Shown: piece by piece, positions 1 through 14,084 of the stretch
Position numbering within the stretch: position 1 is the first letter of the stretch
Layout: every line of letters begins with the position of its first letter
NCBI GenBank assembly: GCA_012295275.1
Contig: CM022677.1
Coordinates: forward strand, 496,001-560,000
From: Chrysomallon squamiferum
Taxonomy: Eukaryota; Animalia; Mollusca
Reading direction: 5' to 3'
Length of the DNA stretch: 64,000 nt
Translations under genes and position numbers: made by a program
The notes under the pieces: generated by a model
The model's input: only the letters and a program-made list of their open reading frames with translations
Told to the model about the DNA's origin: nothing
Databases searched by the model: none

Positions 1-3000
1 AAAAAACGACGACACAGTCCAACACACACATTCGGACACAGAAGTAACAGAAGAACAAAAAATTATCAACAGAAATCTACACATTTTGGCAAGGCTACGG
101 GAAACAGACACGGAAGACGAAAGCGAACAAAACGCTTGGAAAATAATTAAAAGAAAAAAACAAAACATACCCACAGCCGAACCATCATTGCAATACACAG
201 AAAAAACCACTCAAACATCGACAAAAAGATGGTGAAGTTGCGCTACTTACAAGAAGCACAAATACACATTATTGATAAAACAACAAAAGTGAACAATAAT
301 CAAACGGAAAAGAAATCTACTTCGAAGTAGATACAAAAACACTAAAAACAATCGGTCCCAACATTACCATCTGGGACGAAACATTTGTTGTCAGAGTTTT
401 ACCAAAAATAATCCCTGACACAAAACAGACACAGAAAAAAACACCCACACCACAACCCAGAAAAACACTGCTCACACAACAGCAGCCAAAACAACTACAA
501 AACAACAACAACATCAACCTAAACAAACAACAAAAGCAAAAGATACAACAATATAGAAATAAATTTCAAAATATTTGGGTTTTTATTACCCCTATTCAAA
601 CAAACTAGATTTCTTTGAAATGTTTATCAAAGAACTAGTACAACAAACAAATTCAAAACTAGTCGGTGTGGAAATGTGGAAAAAGCCAAATTACTGGACC
701 ACACTGATATTTAATAGCAAATTAACGAACACAACCATCACCACTGATGGCTACAAATATACACTGGCAGAAATGAGGCCGCAGTTTCCCAAGTGCGGCC
801 ACTGTCAGAAATGGGGGCACATGACAAACCAGTGCACCCACAGACACAACCCGAAAGATTTAACGTGTAGTTTCTGCAGTGGAAATCATCACAGAAACTC
901 AGGCCTATGCCGGTCTCTGGCAAAATGCGCCAATTGCCAGGGGCCACACGAATCACACTACAAGATGTGCCCAGCCAAGATAAAAGCAAACAACAACTTT
1001 GAACACAACAGGAGAGACAACAAAATCTTACAAAATATCAACAAAAAATGCCAGAAAATGGAACAAAAAACCAAAACCATCATGGAAAAAATGGACCAAC
1101 ACAACAACAAACCGACAGACAATCTGGACAAGAAGGTCAGGATCGCAGAAATCCACAAAATCATTGTCTGCCTCTTGATAGAGCTTCAAAACATCAGAAC
1201 CAATCAAGGAAACGGCAATGGCGACGCCAGTTTGGAACACACAGTAGTATAATAATTGAAGACTGCCTGGGCTTCAAAATACACACAAACGACAAAAGAC
1301 TAAAACTATACACAGACAGGAGAAATTCCACAAACACCAAACAACAGTGAACAAAAACAAAACAAAACAAACAGTAACAGCCATTTACAAACTCTTCACG
1401 ATAAGCACACAAGAACACAGGCCTCTTCGTTCTTCAATGAACGCTAAAGGCTTCACTCAACAGGCCACGGAGACGAATTACTACACTTCCTGGCCTCCAC
1501 TACAAACACACCGGACATAATATGTATTCAAGAAACATGGCTGGGACATTTCAACAAAAACAACAAAACAACAAAAACCTTTAAGGTCCCCGGGTACCAA
1601 AGTCATTACGTCAACAGATACAACAGCACCCGGGGAGACATCATGACTCTCCTCAAACAAGACATTCCACACACCAAGCTGAACCAAGCCAAAGTTCACG
1701 CCAACATAGAAATACTAAGTGTCACAATACACAACAACAATCAAAACATCGACATCATTAACGTATACAGCCCACCCATTCCAGCACTACACACCATTCA
1801 AACCCACGACTTAAACAAAATGATCACAACAAATAACAATGTCATTATAGTGGGCGATATCAACTGTCACAACACCCAACAGCTACAGGCCGATCACGCT
1901 GACGTCACACATTTGCAAAACATTGGAAACAATGATCAACACACGCCTGATCAACACAGCATTTAAACGACAACAATTTAATCAGCAAATTTCAAAGCGG
2001 CTTCACGAAGAAACACAGCACAAACAACCAGATCACCTGCCTGCAAACATCCATCAACCAATCTTTTAGAAAATCAAAAAAAGTCATAGCAGTTTTTTTA
2101 GAATTGAAAAAGCATTCGACATGGTATGGAGGGAAGGACTGCTCGTTAAATTAATCAACAACAACATCAAAGGCAACATGTTCAACTTTATCAAAGACTT
2201 TCTTAACAACAGAACCATAGCAGTCAAAGTAAACGGTCACACCTCAGAGAAAACGACAATCGAAAACGGCATCCCCCAAGGATCCGTGATCTCGCCAACA
2301 CTCTTCAACATCTACATCAACGACATCGTCACAGCACTCGACAAACAAGACAACGCCAGAAATCCACCAAAGGAACCAATAAATACAGCACTTTTTGCAG
2401 ACGACTGCGCCTTTTGGCGGGCAGGCAGATCGACCGCAGCAATACAGAAACAAATACAAAAAGACTTAAACAACATAAACGACTGGATGTTGAAATGGGG
2501 CATAAAGATTTCTCTTTCCAAAACAACATGCCTCCTTTTCAACAAGAAATCAGACAACCGCAAGATCACACTCAACATCGAGAACAACGTCATAACACAA
2601 ACAAAGACATTCAAATTTCAACTTCCGATGCCACATACACATCATAATTGCATCCTGCAAAAAAACAATCAATCTTCTAAAGTTAATTTCCGGAACCAGT
2701 TGGGGAGCAAACGAGTCAACGCTGATTTTGATACACAAAGCGTGTATTCTCTCCAAGCTCGACTACGGAGCCACGGCTTACTCGAATGCTCCCAAACTCT
2801 ATTTAAAAAAACTAGACACAATTCAATCAAGTGCCCTCAGGGTGATCGGCCACCTGCCAAACACAACACCATCCGACAGCCTCCTGTCGGAATACAGCAT
2901 CCAACCACTGAAATACAGAAGAAAACTGCAGCTACTAAAATACAACCTGAAAATACACACACTCAACACAGACCACCCGGTCAAGGATCTGGTCTCCAAC

Positions 3001-3484
3001 AAAAAAAGGATAGGACAACTCTTTAAATCGCATAGTCTACTGCTATCGAATTTCCCGACAACAGCTAGCGAAATCGAAAGGGAAACAGGAATAGGGGAAA
3101 TACCACTGCCGGCATACCACAAAGAAACAAAACCAACAATAAACACACCTTTCCTGATCAAAAGAGAAACTGACAAAACAGAGATCCCACCGTTCAAAAA
3201 AGCCATTTTTTTGGCAGCAGCAAACGACCACTACAAACAACACACGCACATCTACTCTGACGGATCCAAAAAACCCAGACAATGGGAGAGTAGGATTCGC
3301 CTTCATAGCCCAAGATCACACAAACAAACCCACATGCATACAATTCGGCCGTATCAGAAATAACCTTTCGGTGTATACGGCCGAATTGGTAGCCATCATC
3401 AGAGCCATGCTGTGGGTAAAACACAACAACAAACACACAGTCATATTCTCGGACAGTCCGTGATCTGATCTCAATACAATCCGG
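1..3484 (+). mobile_element. Decayed I-group (I/Nimb-like) non-LTR retrotransposon, copy A; 5' end outside the window, broken in RNase H
   Basis: ORF1 has three CCHC knuckles (CGHCQKWGH..C, CSFCSGNH..C, CANCQGPH..C; ORF 575-1252). APE motifs PDIICIQETW, YSPP, GDINCH; RT motifs QGSVISP and FADD (2121-3026); RNase H start YSDGS. Stops, frameshifts and internal deletions present. Confidence 0.92.
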
Positions 3485-3841
3485 ATAGAATAAGGTAATA
3501 ACAACAACAACAACAAAATCGAAATGAAAATACATTCACCATCGCGTCGTCGTGATCTCGCAATTCAATTTTACGTTGGAAGATATCTTTTTCAAACCGC
3601 ACGCTCGCACGCACACACACAGCCACACACACACAGACACAGACAAACGCAGACACACACAAACGCAGACACACACACAGACACAGACACACAGAAATAA
3701 CATACGTACACATACAATCAGACATACACAATACGGTCACTCCAAAAAAAAAAAAATAATAAATAAATAAATAAATAAAAAAATATAAAAAATATAAATA
3801 AAGAAATAAGGAAATAAATATTAAGAAAAAAATAATTTAAA

Positions 3842-3879
<38 letters not shown>

Positions 3880-4574
3880 CGAAAGAAAAGGAAAAAATCA
3901 CATCGGGTTTCATCAGTCCACTGTCACCGCCTTCATTTCCTTACACGGCTTATCTCCCTCTAATAATTCTCGTTTCGTGTAGTCGTCGAAATTACCAGAG
4001 AAAAATAATCTCTAAATTCGATACAAAGTTGCCGCCACGTTTGTGTGCTTGATTCCAAAAATCATTCTATATGGATTTAGTTTGAACTTGGTGCTGCCAA
4101 AAAAATTGTTGTTTTTTTGTTGTTTTTTTCAATACGTTTAATAAATGAGTTAGTTTTGCTGCAGTGAACAAAAAAACGCATGCAAGACTGAGTCCACGGC
4201 ACCGACGCACACTAGGCACACTGTCGTCTGTGGAGTGGGCTCGATCTTCCATTCGTAAAGATGTTTTCTGACTAACTGCTGCAACAACAACAACAACAAC
4301 AACGTGTCTGATCATTTTATAAATTAAATCGTAATCGTCGTTATTTTCAATTAAGACAGAATTTAATCATTTTTAATGTTCGAAGAGAACCTGGTCAATT
4401 GTAAATGGGTAGGTTATTCGTGAATAAATGAGGCAACTGCCGAATTGTCCGGTAGTGGCTGAAAATTAAAAATTAAAACAAAAGAAAGAAAAAAAAAAAA
4501 AAAGACGAACCGACGTCTATTTATCTTCGTTCTTCTTATTGCGTGCGCTGAATAACGACAACGATAACGGTGGC

Positions 4575-4639
<65 letters not shown>

Positions 4640-4928
4640 TGATGATGATAATAATAATAAATGAAAAAAATAATAAATAAAATAAAATATATTAAACTTA
4701 AAATAAAAACATGACAAAATAAGATAAAAACATGAGGAAAATAAAAATAAAAAATAAAAAAAAATAAGAAAAGAAAAGAAAAGAAAAAGAAAGAAATAAA
4801 AAAAAATAAAAATAAAGCGCTGGCTGTATTCGATCTTCTTGTTCTTCTTCTACTCAAAGGAAAAAAGAAAGAAAGAAAGCGCCAAAGAAAGTGTGTGTGT
4901 GTGTGTCTGTGCATCTACGGTATTATAG

Positions 4929-5015
<87 letters not shown>

Positions 5016-5082
5016 CGGTAATGATAATAATAGAAAGGTTTCGTACTTATCCTGTGTTCACGAGTCATTTTGCACGAAATTA
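3485..5082 (-). repeat. 5S-rDNA spacer-like segment lacking the 5S gene (inverted paralogue of ~32000-34381)
   Basis: Reverse complement of 32000-34381 minus the ~0.6-kb 5S-containing unit; same conserved blocks separated by (CA)n, (TA)n and (TAA)n. Confidence 0.8.
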
Positions 5083-6458
5083 GCATTCAATTGTTATGAT
5101 TGCCTCGTGAAAAGTGGTCTTTTGGTCATTTCTGTGTTCGATCGCCATCTTGACACTATTACGGAATTTTCACCATGCTACAATCACTAAAACCGGTTAC
5201 GTGACACAAACGAAAGGTAAGTGGACATAATAATTCATTTTCTATATTATTGTCTTTAAAATTTTATCAAAATGCTTGGACGCATTTAATTGTTATGATT
5301 GCCTCGTGAAAAATGGTCTATGTGTGTTTTCGGTGTTCGATCGCCATCTTGAAACTTTAAAAGCACGTGCTTAGCGAAATCGCCGTTAATTTACGTTTTC
5401 TACAGACCGAAATTGCGTTGATTTTATTTACAATCGCCGTAAATTGTTTCCTACCTTGTCAAGTTGCCGTATATTTTATGTGCAGCTACAAATAACTGGT
5501 GCTATTTGAAATGATTATATTTCTATAATCTATGTTGATTATAGTTTTAATAGCTTGTAGGATGCATGTTTTATTAAATGTTGTGACTTTTACTAAATAT
5601 AATATGAATTCGTTCTGAAATAAACCAATTAATATTGTTTTGCCGATTACTAGCATTTGATGTTTAACTATAATCCTCTGCAATACATAAACTCAGAAAG
5701 GTGTTGCCGGTCTTAATTAGGAACAATACAATGTGTATGTAGTCATGACATTAAAGACACAGGTATGGTAAGTGTTATTTGCAGCAGAGAAAATAATTTT
5801 CTTGGCTTTGTGTTTGTACTTCCTGTGCTTTGACAGCAAACAAAAGATACCTATCAAGGTATCATGTGACCATCGCTGATGTTTTCTCTGATGGAGCAAA
5901 TCAACAATTGAAGCAAAAATAGCCTAAGTTTTAAAACTGAACACTTTAAGATTTATCAGTTTATGGTTTTACGATAAAAAAATTAAAAAAAGGTTATACG
6001 TTTCGTATTTAATATTCTATGAATACCTCTGGTACTTAGATTCACAGAATACATTCATTGTACTGTTTTGTAGTACAGTTTGTTATGTTTATGATTTTTA
6101 ATTCGCCATTTATCGCAAGAATTTTTAAAGCAAAACACGAAGTTAGTTTATTTCTGATCGTATTCATATTGTAATGTATATACTTTAGAAATCCGAACAC
6201 AGGAGAAAACTATGCATCCCAAAAGTTATTAAAAATATGAACATAATTTCCATCATTTTAAATAGCAGCAGATCTTTTATATGTTTGTTACTTTTTTTTA
6301 AAATTTATTTTAAGGCAAGCAATATACATTTGTGGACATAACTTTTGTTACAAATTCATACGCCACTGGTATTGATAGCGACGACATTGACGTTGTTAGA
6401 AATATCGAACTTTGACCTTCCTGGGTCCTAAAAATACCCTTGCTAAAAATAGTTGGTG
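5083..6458 (+). mobile_element. Non-autonomous deletion derivative of the hAT-like element
   Basis: Subterminal repeats (GGACATAATAATT, CGATCGCCATCTTGA) fused at AGCACGTG to sequence matching the reverse complement of ~44320-45465. Confidence 0.65.
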
Positions 6459-6767
6459 AAAACTTATCACCCAACTCCTTGTAATGCCAAAATTAACTGA
6501 GAGTTTCTGTCAATATTATAAAGAGAATGGACTGTAATTAAGATTTAAAAAGAACAAATCACAACATAATGAACGTTTGTAATATTATGTAAAATGTTTC
6601 AATTTGACGAAACTTGTACATTGAGTTTCACAAATGTCTAACTTTGAACTGTTGCCATTATCTTTGAATTCAGCTTACGTTAACACGTCACACAGCAAAC
6701 TGCCTAAATAACAAGTTGGTATTTGCTTCATTAATTAAACTTTTACCTGTCTGTGTATCAATTTCAG

Positions 6768-7071
6768 GTGCTGATTTATACAGGTATTTGGAAGACGCGC
6801 CAGAGCGTGTTGTTGTCATCATCAGCGCTGACCTCGCACACACGTATCTCAGCACTGACCCATACGGCTACTCGAACGACTAATAATATTGAAGCAAGAA
6901 AACATTATCCTATAAAAATATAGTTATTGATATATGTTTTCGATTAATGGAAAGGCTCACAAAAGGCTGAGGACCCAGAGTATGCCGTTTTCGAAACGTA
7001 CAGTACATAAAAATTATATATTTATTTGCAATCCTATTGATAATATATTATACAGAAATGTTTCCATTTAG
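6768..7071 (+). pseudogene. Collapsed LigB-like gene unit: partial exon 3 fused to intron 1, then to the end of exon 2
   Basis: TTTCAG|GTGCTGAT..ADLYRYLEDAPERVVVIISADLAH..YGYSN, then intron-1 sequence (GACTAATAAT..), then CCATTTAG|GTATTTC. Confidence 0.85.
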
Positions 7072-7841
7072 GTATTTCACTGTTTGTCTGTATGTCTGTA
7101 AAAATTGCATACGATTTGTAAACATTAGTTTATTGGTTACGTAAAATGCCTTCGTCGCAGATTTGAGCTTCCTTTTTTTTTTTATTGAAGATAGAAAGTA
7201 GATGGTTACTAATAATAAACATTATTTATGTGCTGGCATGTCTGTGTAGAATGTCATCAAATCCTGCGTAGTTTAGAAAAAGAAAGAAAACAGTTGTCAA
7301 AATTAAACGAAACAGTATCTGGGTGTTTTTTCCCACTCTGTTTGCAGTCTTATTAGTAACTGTATATACTAACAGTTAGTTATTTACTACCAAATTTCTG
7401 TCATAATGTTGATATAGTGTCACGGAATTCAGATTGCGTAACTTTAATTGTTACTTCAAATCACATCCGCTCTTTTATTTTAAGCTATGGAATTGAAATT
7501 GCTTAACTTTAATCATTACTATAATAACATCGATTTTTTATTTTTTCCGCAAATTTTTCAACTCCATGGCGTAGTTATTAAAAAAGGCTGGCTTTTAGTA
7601 ATTAAGGAGAGAAGTAAGCGAAGGAAACGGTGAAGACGAGAATTCAGTCAGGCGATGAAACCAATGTTTTCGAATGACATTTTCTTTACTGACGAGTATG
7701 GTAAGGAATTGTCTATTCTTATTTTGATAGGATGTAATGTGCAATTAACCAGTGTCAGTAACATTTATTGTACCCAAAAAGTTAAGGTTTTAATCTGTCC
7801 TCCGTGCAGATTCTTATTTTGTCTCGGTTCCCTTTATAACC

Positions 7842-9350
7842 TTTATAAAATTTTATCAAAATGTATGGATGCCTTCAATTGTTATGATTGCCTCGTGAAA
7901 TATGATCTATGTGTAATTTCGGTTTTCGATCGCCATCTTGAAACTTTTACGGAATTTTCAAAATGCTACAATAACTAAAACCGGTTATGTGACACGAATG
8001 AAAAGAAGCTGGACATAATAATTAGTTTTATTATCTTATTGTCTTTGAAATTTTATCAAGCAGCTTCGAGGCTCTTAATTGTAATTTTTACCTCGTGAAA
8101 TATGGTTTGTTGGCGTTATATCGCCAGTTTGAGTTTCTGTTTTTTTCTTCAAAATTACGAATGTTCAACATGCTACAGTCACTATAACCGATTACATGAG
8201 ACGAATGAAAAGTAGCTGGACATAATAATTAGTTTTTTTATCTAATTGTCTTTGAAATTTTGTCAAGCAGCTGTAGCATGCTAACTAGTAACTCTAATCT
8301 TTACCTCGTCAAGCATGGTTATTTCGACGTTAGATCGCCGAAGTGAAAGTGTCATGGCAGACCAAACTTCCTGTGTAAGGACTTACGTTTGAGAATGGAT
8401 TATTCTGACTTATTCTTCTTAAATTATCTTACACAAGAATGATGGACAAATATGTTCCTAACAATATATTGGTATTTTCATCCATAATTGTCTCAAATCT
8501 CAAGATGTTTTAGGATTTTAAAATCATAAAATTGACCAAACAATTATAATTTCTAAACACCAAATCAAATAAGCACTTGCTATTGTATTCTGTGTGGATT
8601 TAATTTGTACTGGTCATTCCAGTTTTGCATTTCTTTTCATATATATTTTTTTTTCAGTGTTTGGTTTGACCCACAGTTGCCATTTCATTTTGGTAATATT
8701 GTCTTTCATATTTTCAACTATTTTTTAAACTTACTTCAGTTGTCTTCTCAGCTCTTTTCTTGTTTTTTTCAGTTAATAACCAAAAGATGCCTTTGAGTAA
8801 CAAGAGACAGTGCCTAATTAGATGTAACCAACCGAGCTTAGCTAGACAGCATCTGCAAGAACAGTATTCCACAGTTCCTGCAACAGATGAGTTTTTGAAA
8901 GGACACGTGCTTTATATTTACACTAGCTGTGGTAACAGTCGAACAACAACAGTTAGTGAATTATGTAGTCATTTTTCACTAACTCCTACCCCTGTGTTGA
9001 GACTTTCTGATGAAGTGAAGAAAGTTGTGTACCAGTTCGATAAGTTTCGAAATCTGGCTTATGCTGTATAATTTACCAAATTTATGTGTTTATGTGAAGA
9101 ACATTTTTTATTGGCGGAAAGCTGTAATCTTGAGGATGTACCCGGAAAACAAGATGAGCCCCAACCTGGACCGAGATGCAACCCACAATAGGTTACTGCT
9201 TCCCCAGAACCACACAATCTATTGGATAGCAGTTCACTCTGGGGAGAAGATTCAGAGGAACCTGCCATTCCAGTATTGACAAAACCACCCATGAAAACCA
9301 GACAAACAAAAAACTGCCAGTCATGCAAGTTATTAAATAACTCCTTAACA
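7842..9350 (+). mobile_element. 5' fragment of the hAT-like transposon including the N-terminus of its ORF
   Basis: Matches reverse complement of ~48060-49135. ORF MPLSNKRQCLIRCNQ..KGHVLYIYT continues with sequence absent from the 48-kb copy. Confidence 0.7.
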
Positions 9351-9778
9351 AATATAACACCTTGTCACGTGACGCTATTATAGTCTGCTGCCCTTTCAGG
9401 TACTAATACCACTCAGACTAGTCACATGACATATGCACTACCTAAAATTCTTTAAGTTAGCATCTCAGAAAACTTATCACCCAACTCCTTGAAATGCCAA
9501 AATTAACTGAGAGTTTCTGTCAATATTATAAAGAGGATGGACTGTAATTAAGATTGAAAAAGAACAAATCACAACATAATGAACGTTTGTAATATTATGT
9601 AAAATGTTTCAATTTGAAGAAAGTTGTTTATTTTGAGTTTCACAAATGTCTAATTTTGAACTGTTGCATTATCTTTGAATTCAGCTTACGTTAACACGTC
9701 ACACAGCAAACTGCCTAAATAACAAGTTGGTATTTGCTTCATTAATTAAACCTTTACCTGTCTGTGTATCAATTTCAG

Positions 9779-10482
9779 GAGCTGATTTATACAGGTATTT
9801 GGAAGAGGCGCCAGAGCGTGTTGTTGTCATCATCAGCGCTGACCTCGCACACACGCATTTCAGCACTGACCCATACGGCTACTCCAACGCATCAGAGCCA
9901 TTCGACGATGTAAGGACAACCAGTCAGTCGTGCTTGAACCTTTTAAAAATACTTTAAAATTTTACCAGAACAACAGTATCAAAGCAGATATGTTTTGTAA
10001 TAGCACCTGAGCAGATTTTTATATTTATGATTAATAGGTGTTAAATAGACTTATTTATTTGTTTCTTTGAATTAATGAATGAAACTGACGTTTGGGAGGA
10101 TTTGTAAAACTATTTATGTTTAATGTTATGGGTAGCAAAGAACATGCTGCAACTGTTTTGTCTTCAGTGTTGAAAGACTTGTGTGATTAGTACATAACGG
10201 ATCACAGTTTGTTTTTGTTTCATTAATACAGTTGTCACGTTGGTTCTCATTATTTGAATGTTTCAGGCTGTTGGTGAGTGGGCAGCGACTCTGGACGGCA
10301 TGTTGCTGTTGAACAGAGCGGCTGGACTAGTCGATCGCGCGCTGTCGTGTGGTTACACGGGTCTAGTCATGTTACATGGTCTGTTAGAAACTGCCGGGCT
10401 GTCGTCATGGTTACCAAACGTTTTAGCAAACTATCACCCAAGTTACTACGGTATGATGGTAGCATCATTCGTTCAGAGATGA
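9779..10482 (+). CDS. LigB/Memo-like gene exons 3 (9779-9909) and 4 (10267-10482), copy A
   Basis: AG/GT boundaries; SADLAH, SCG and YYGMMVASF motifs; ends in TGA; both exons are open. Confidence 0.8.
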
Positions 10483-11488
10483 AAAGAAGAATGAACAAAA
10501 CATTTCATATGGACATGAAGAAAAATTATATAACGACAACAACGACAACAAAAATAATAATTATAATAATTATCACGATGATGATGATAATGACAGTAAT
10601 AATAAAAAGAACAACAATGGATATTTAGCTGGGAAGCCGTTTTTTTTTTTTCTCTACAGACTCGAGAGTTCCATTTTACATGTGCAGTGATCACACTTCT
10701 GTACTTGTATACTTCTTTTAACACAACTTGCCTTTGATTTCGTCACTGACTGTGTCTGTAGACGTGTAGGCCTGTTCAGCTTTGATGCAGGCCTATCACA
10801 CTTACAGGTAACACAGTGTTTCGGATGCAGCGTTATCTACAACAGGTTATTACAGCTTCGATGATGCTGAATTACGAAAGAAAAATGTGAGGCACGGCCG
10901 CTGAAAAGGAGCTAAAGTAATACGCCATTATTACCTCAGATTTTCTCACTTACAAATCAACTTTTAATAATGATGATGATAATAATAATAATAATATTAA
11001 TAATAATAATAATAATAATAATAATGATGATAATAATAAACTTTGATGTTACTCCAAAGCAACCATGTAGTCTTCTATAAATCTGTTTTAAAGAACGTTT
11101 TTCTAACACAATGTATTGATACAAACTACTGTGATGCATCGCTTAACGTTTCACGTACACGCCCTTTGTCCATAAAAATAACAAGGAAATAATGGTAATA
11201 ATGATGCTGCAGCTGCTGCTGCTGATGATGACGAAGACAATGACAAACAAATACATAAAAGAAGATCAAACAAAAACAACATCAACAAAAAATTAACTAT
11301 TGGGACAATTCAGAAAACCAACTCTTATAAATTAACAAGGCGATAATATAGATTTTTAATTCCTATCGATTATCATTATACAAATAAATTACTATTTCCT
11401 TCAGATGTATTGTTGCTCTTTAAGGAAAAATACAGAAGGGCAGGTAACTCTAGAGTTATATGATTTAAGAACGAAATAGAAAATCGAG

Positions 11489-13209
11489 ATGTCATTTGCA
11501 ATTCTGATTGTGTTTTTCACATCACTTGATTTATCTTTCTCCAAACTACTGGCCGGGTTCGTTCTGCCGCACGGCGGAATTGCTCTGGATCCGAAACATT
11601 TCAATACAACCAACCACACAGCAAAACAAGAAGCGTGGAAAATTCACGAAGACTGCAAAACTGTCGATCAGACGATTCTGTCTTTGTCACCCGATATACT
11701 TTTTCTGAGCACGCCCCATGGTATTTCTGACTTAAATAACTTTGTGTTCTACTTAAATCCCACAGGAGAAGGCTTTGCAGATACTGATAATTGCAACTGT
11801 CCTCCTTGTTGTTATAAAGTAACCGCTAATCTTTCTAGCCAACTTTCGGAAGACATCGTAAATAAATTTGGCTCTGCTCGGAACATTTCGGGATTAAGCG
11901 GTTATGGTCCACCCGGTAAAAGCGATGAAGCATTTCCATTGAGGTGAGAAATAGCATGCATGTAAAAATGAGCATAAACACTTCTTTTTTAAATTAGCAT
12001 AGACTAATAATACTGACAGCAAGAAAACATTATCCTATAAAAATATAGTTATTGATACACCAATTTCTGTTTTCGATTAATGCCCATTCTCACAAAAGAC
12101 TGAGGACCCACAAGATGCCGTTTTCGAAACGTACAGTACATAAAAATTATATATTTATTTGCAATCCTATTGATAATATATTATATAGAAATGTTTCTAT
12201 ATATTTTATCCCAAAACTGACATTATTTATAAATACTCTTGTAAAGTAGAGTCATACAATTTTTTCTTTTAAATTTCATTTTGTTACATATTTGTTTATT
12301 TATTTATTTATTTATTTATTTGGCACACATTAAGATGGGGAGAAGTGATACCACTTCATTTGATACCAGATCTGGAAAACACAAAAGTTGTAATTCTCTC
12401 GTAGCCCAGCAGACGATATACACATGATGTTGCCATGATATCAGAACTTCTCCAGTTAGGTATTTCACTGTTTGTCTGTATGTGTGTAAAAAGTACATAC
12501 GATTTGTAAACATTAGTTTATTGGTTACGTAAACTGTCCTCCTTGTTGTTATAAAGTAACCGCTAATCTTTCTAGCCAACTTTCGGAAGACATCATAAAT
12601 AAATTTGGCTCTGCTCGGAATATTTCGGGATTAAGCGGTTATGGTCCACCCGGAAAAAGCGATGAAGCATTTCCACTGAGGTGAGAAATAGCATGCATGT
12701 AAAAATTAGTATAAACACAACTTTTTAAAATTAGCATAGACTAATAATGCTGACAGATAGAAAACATTATCGTATAAAAATATAGTTATTGATAAACCAA
12801 TTTCTGTTTTCGTTTCATGCAAAGTCTCACAAAAGACTGAGGACCCACAATATGCCGTTTTCGAAACGTACAGTACATAAAAAATACATATTTATTTGCA
12901 GTCCTATTGATAATATATTATATAGAAATGTTTCTATATATTTTATCCCAAAACTGACATTATTTATAAATACTCTTGTAAAGTAGAGTCATACAATTTT
13001 TCTTTTAAATTTCATTTTCTTGTATTCATTTTGTTACATATTTATTTATTTATTTATTTATTTATTTATTTGGCACATATTAAGATGAGTAGAGCTGATC
13101 CCACTTCATTTGATACCAGATCTGGAAAACACAAAAGTTGTAATTCTCTCGCAGCCCAGCAGACGATATACACATGATGTTGTCATGATATCAGAACTTC
13201 TCCATTTAG
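11489..13209 (+). pseudogene. LigB/Memo-like exon 1 (11489-11943) and two dead exon-2 copies (12335-12459, 13085-13209)
   Basis: Exon 1 is open (hydrophobic N-terminus, PHG and TPHG motifs). Exon 2a has CAG>TAG at 12402-12404; exon 2b has TGG>TGA at 13086-13088. A partial exon-1 duplicate lies at ~12533-12680. Confidence 0.85.
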
Positions 13210-13212
13210 GTA

Positions 13213-14084
13213 CCGTATATATTTGTGTACAAGACGACCTTATGTATAAATCGATGTGTATTTTAAGACCAAAAATTGCGTCATTATAGGTATTACTTGT
13301 GTATAAGTCCACTGTAGATTCCAGGCACTATTTTTAGACCAGTGTGACAGTGCCACGAAGGCCTACATTGTACGCCTACTGTAACATAACTTGCACGAGC
13401 TGTAACTTGCACGTGCAATTCAAAGTAAGATAATTTCGGAACCTCAGCAATATTTTTTTCTATCGAAACTCTGCTACAAGACACGCCCCCGATCCTATTC
13501 CTAGCGCGCTAATTGGCCGAGGCTTCGCGCACTTGGCAACCGACTAGAATAACAAATATGGTGAGAAGTTGAACTGATTTTTGTTGCAGAACGTTTATAG
13601 AAATTTAGTTTGTTTTCGATTTGTCGGTAGTGGATATTAATGACGATTGCAATATTATTTCACCAAATTCTTTACAATTACACAAGTGAGTTTTGTTTAT
13701 GAAATTAGGACCGATATTTAGTGCAATTTGGCAGAGAAGTCTGCATTCCTAGATCATTGCAAGACGCCGTAAGGCATAACGCCGTACTGACGGTTTTCTC
13801 GCTTTAAAATGTATTTTTATGTCATTAAACGGAAGAATATCATGTTCTACATTCATATTTGGTTTTGTTATTTAATGTTTCAAAAATTTTTATGCGATAA
13901 AATTATATTTTTGAAAAGCTGAAAGACCGCGATTATTTTAGATGCATCCCGTAGCAAAAAAATAGTCAAAATGGCGACTCTTCAGCAACAGCTACAAAAG
14001 CATTACCTATGTATAAGTCGACCCCCAAAATATTACCTTTGATATAGTCTCCCAAAAATTCGACTTATACACAAGTATATACGG
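13213..14084. mobile_element. Tc1/mariner-superfamily (Tc2/pogo-like) MITE
   Basis: Imperfect ~25-bp TIRs CCGTATATAtTTGTGTAcAAGaCGA / TCGACTTATACACAAGTATATACGG; TA TSD at 13211-13212 and 14085-14086. Absent from paralogous sites (e.g. 12460, 40404). Confidence 0.88.

Noticed and set aside
3895-3960. CTGATGA on the minus strand suggesting a hammerhead ribozyme
   Set aside because: No stem II followed by GAAA and no convincing stems I/III; the paralogue near 33870 reads CGGATGA.
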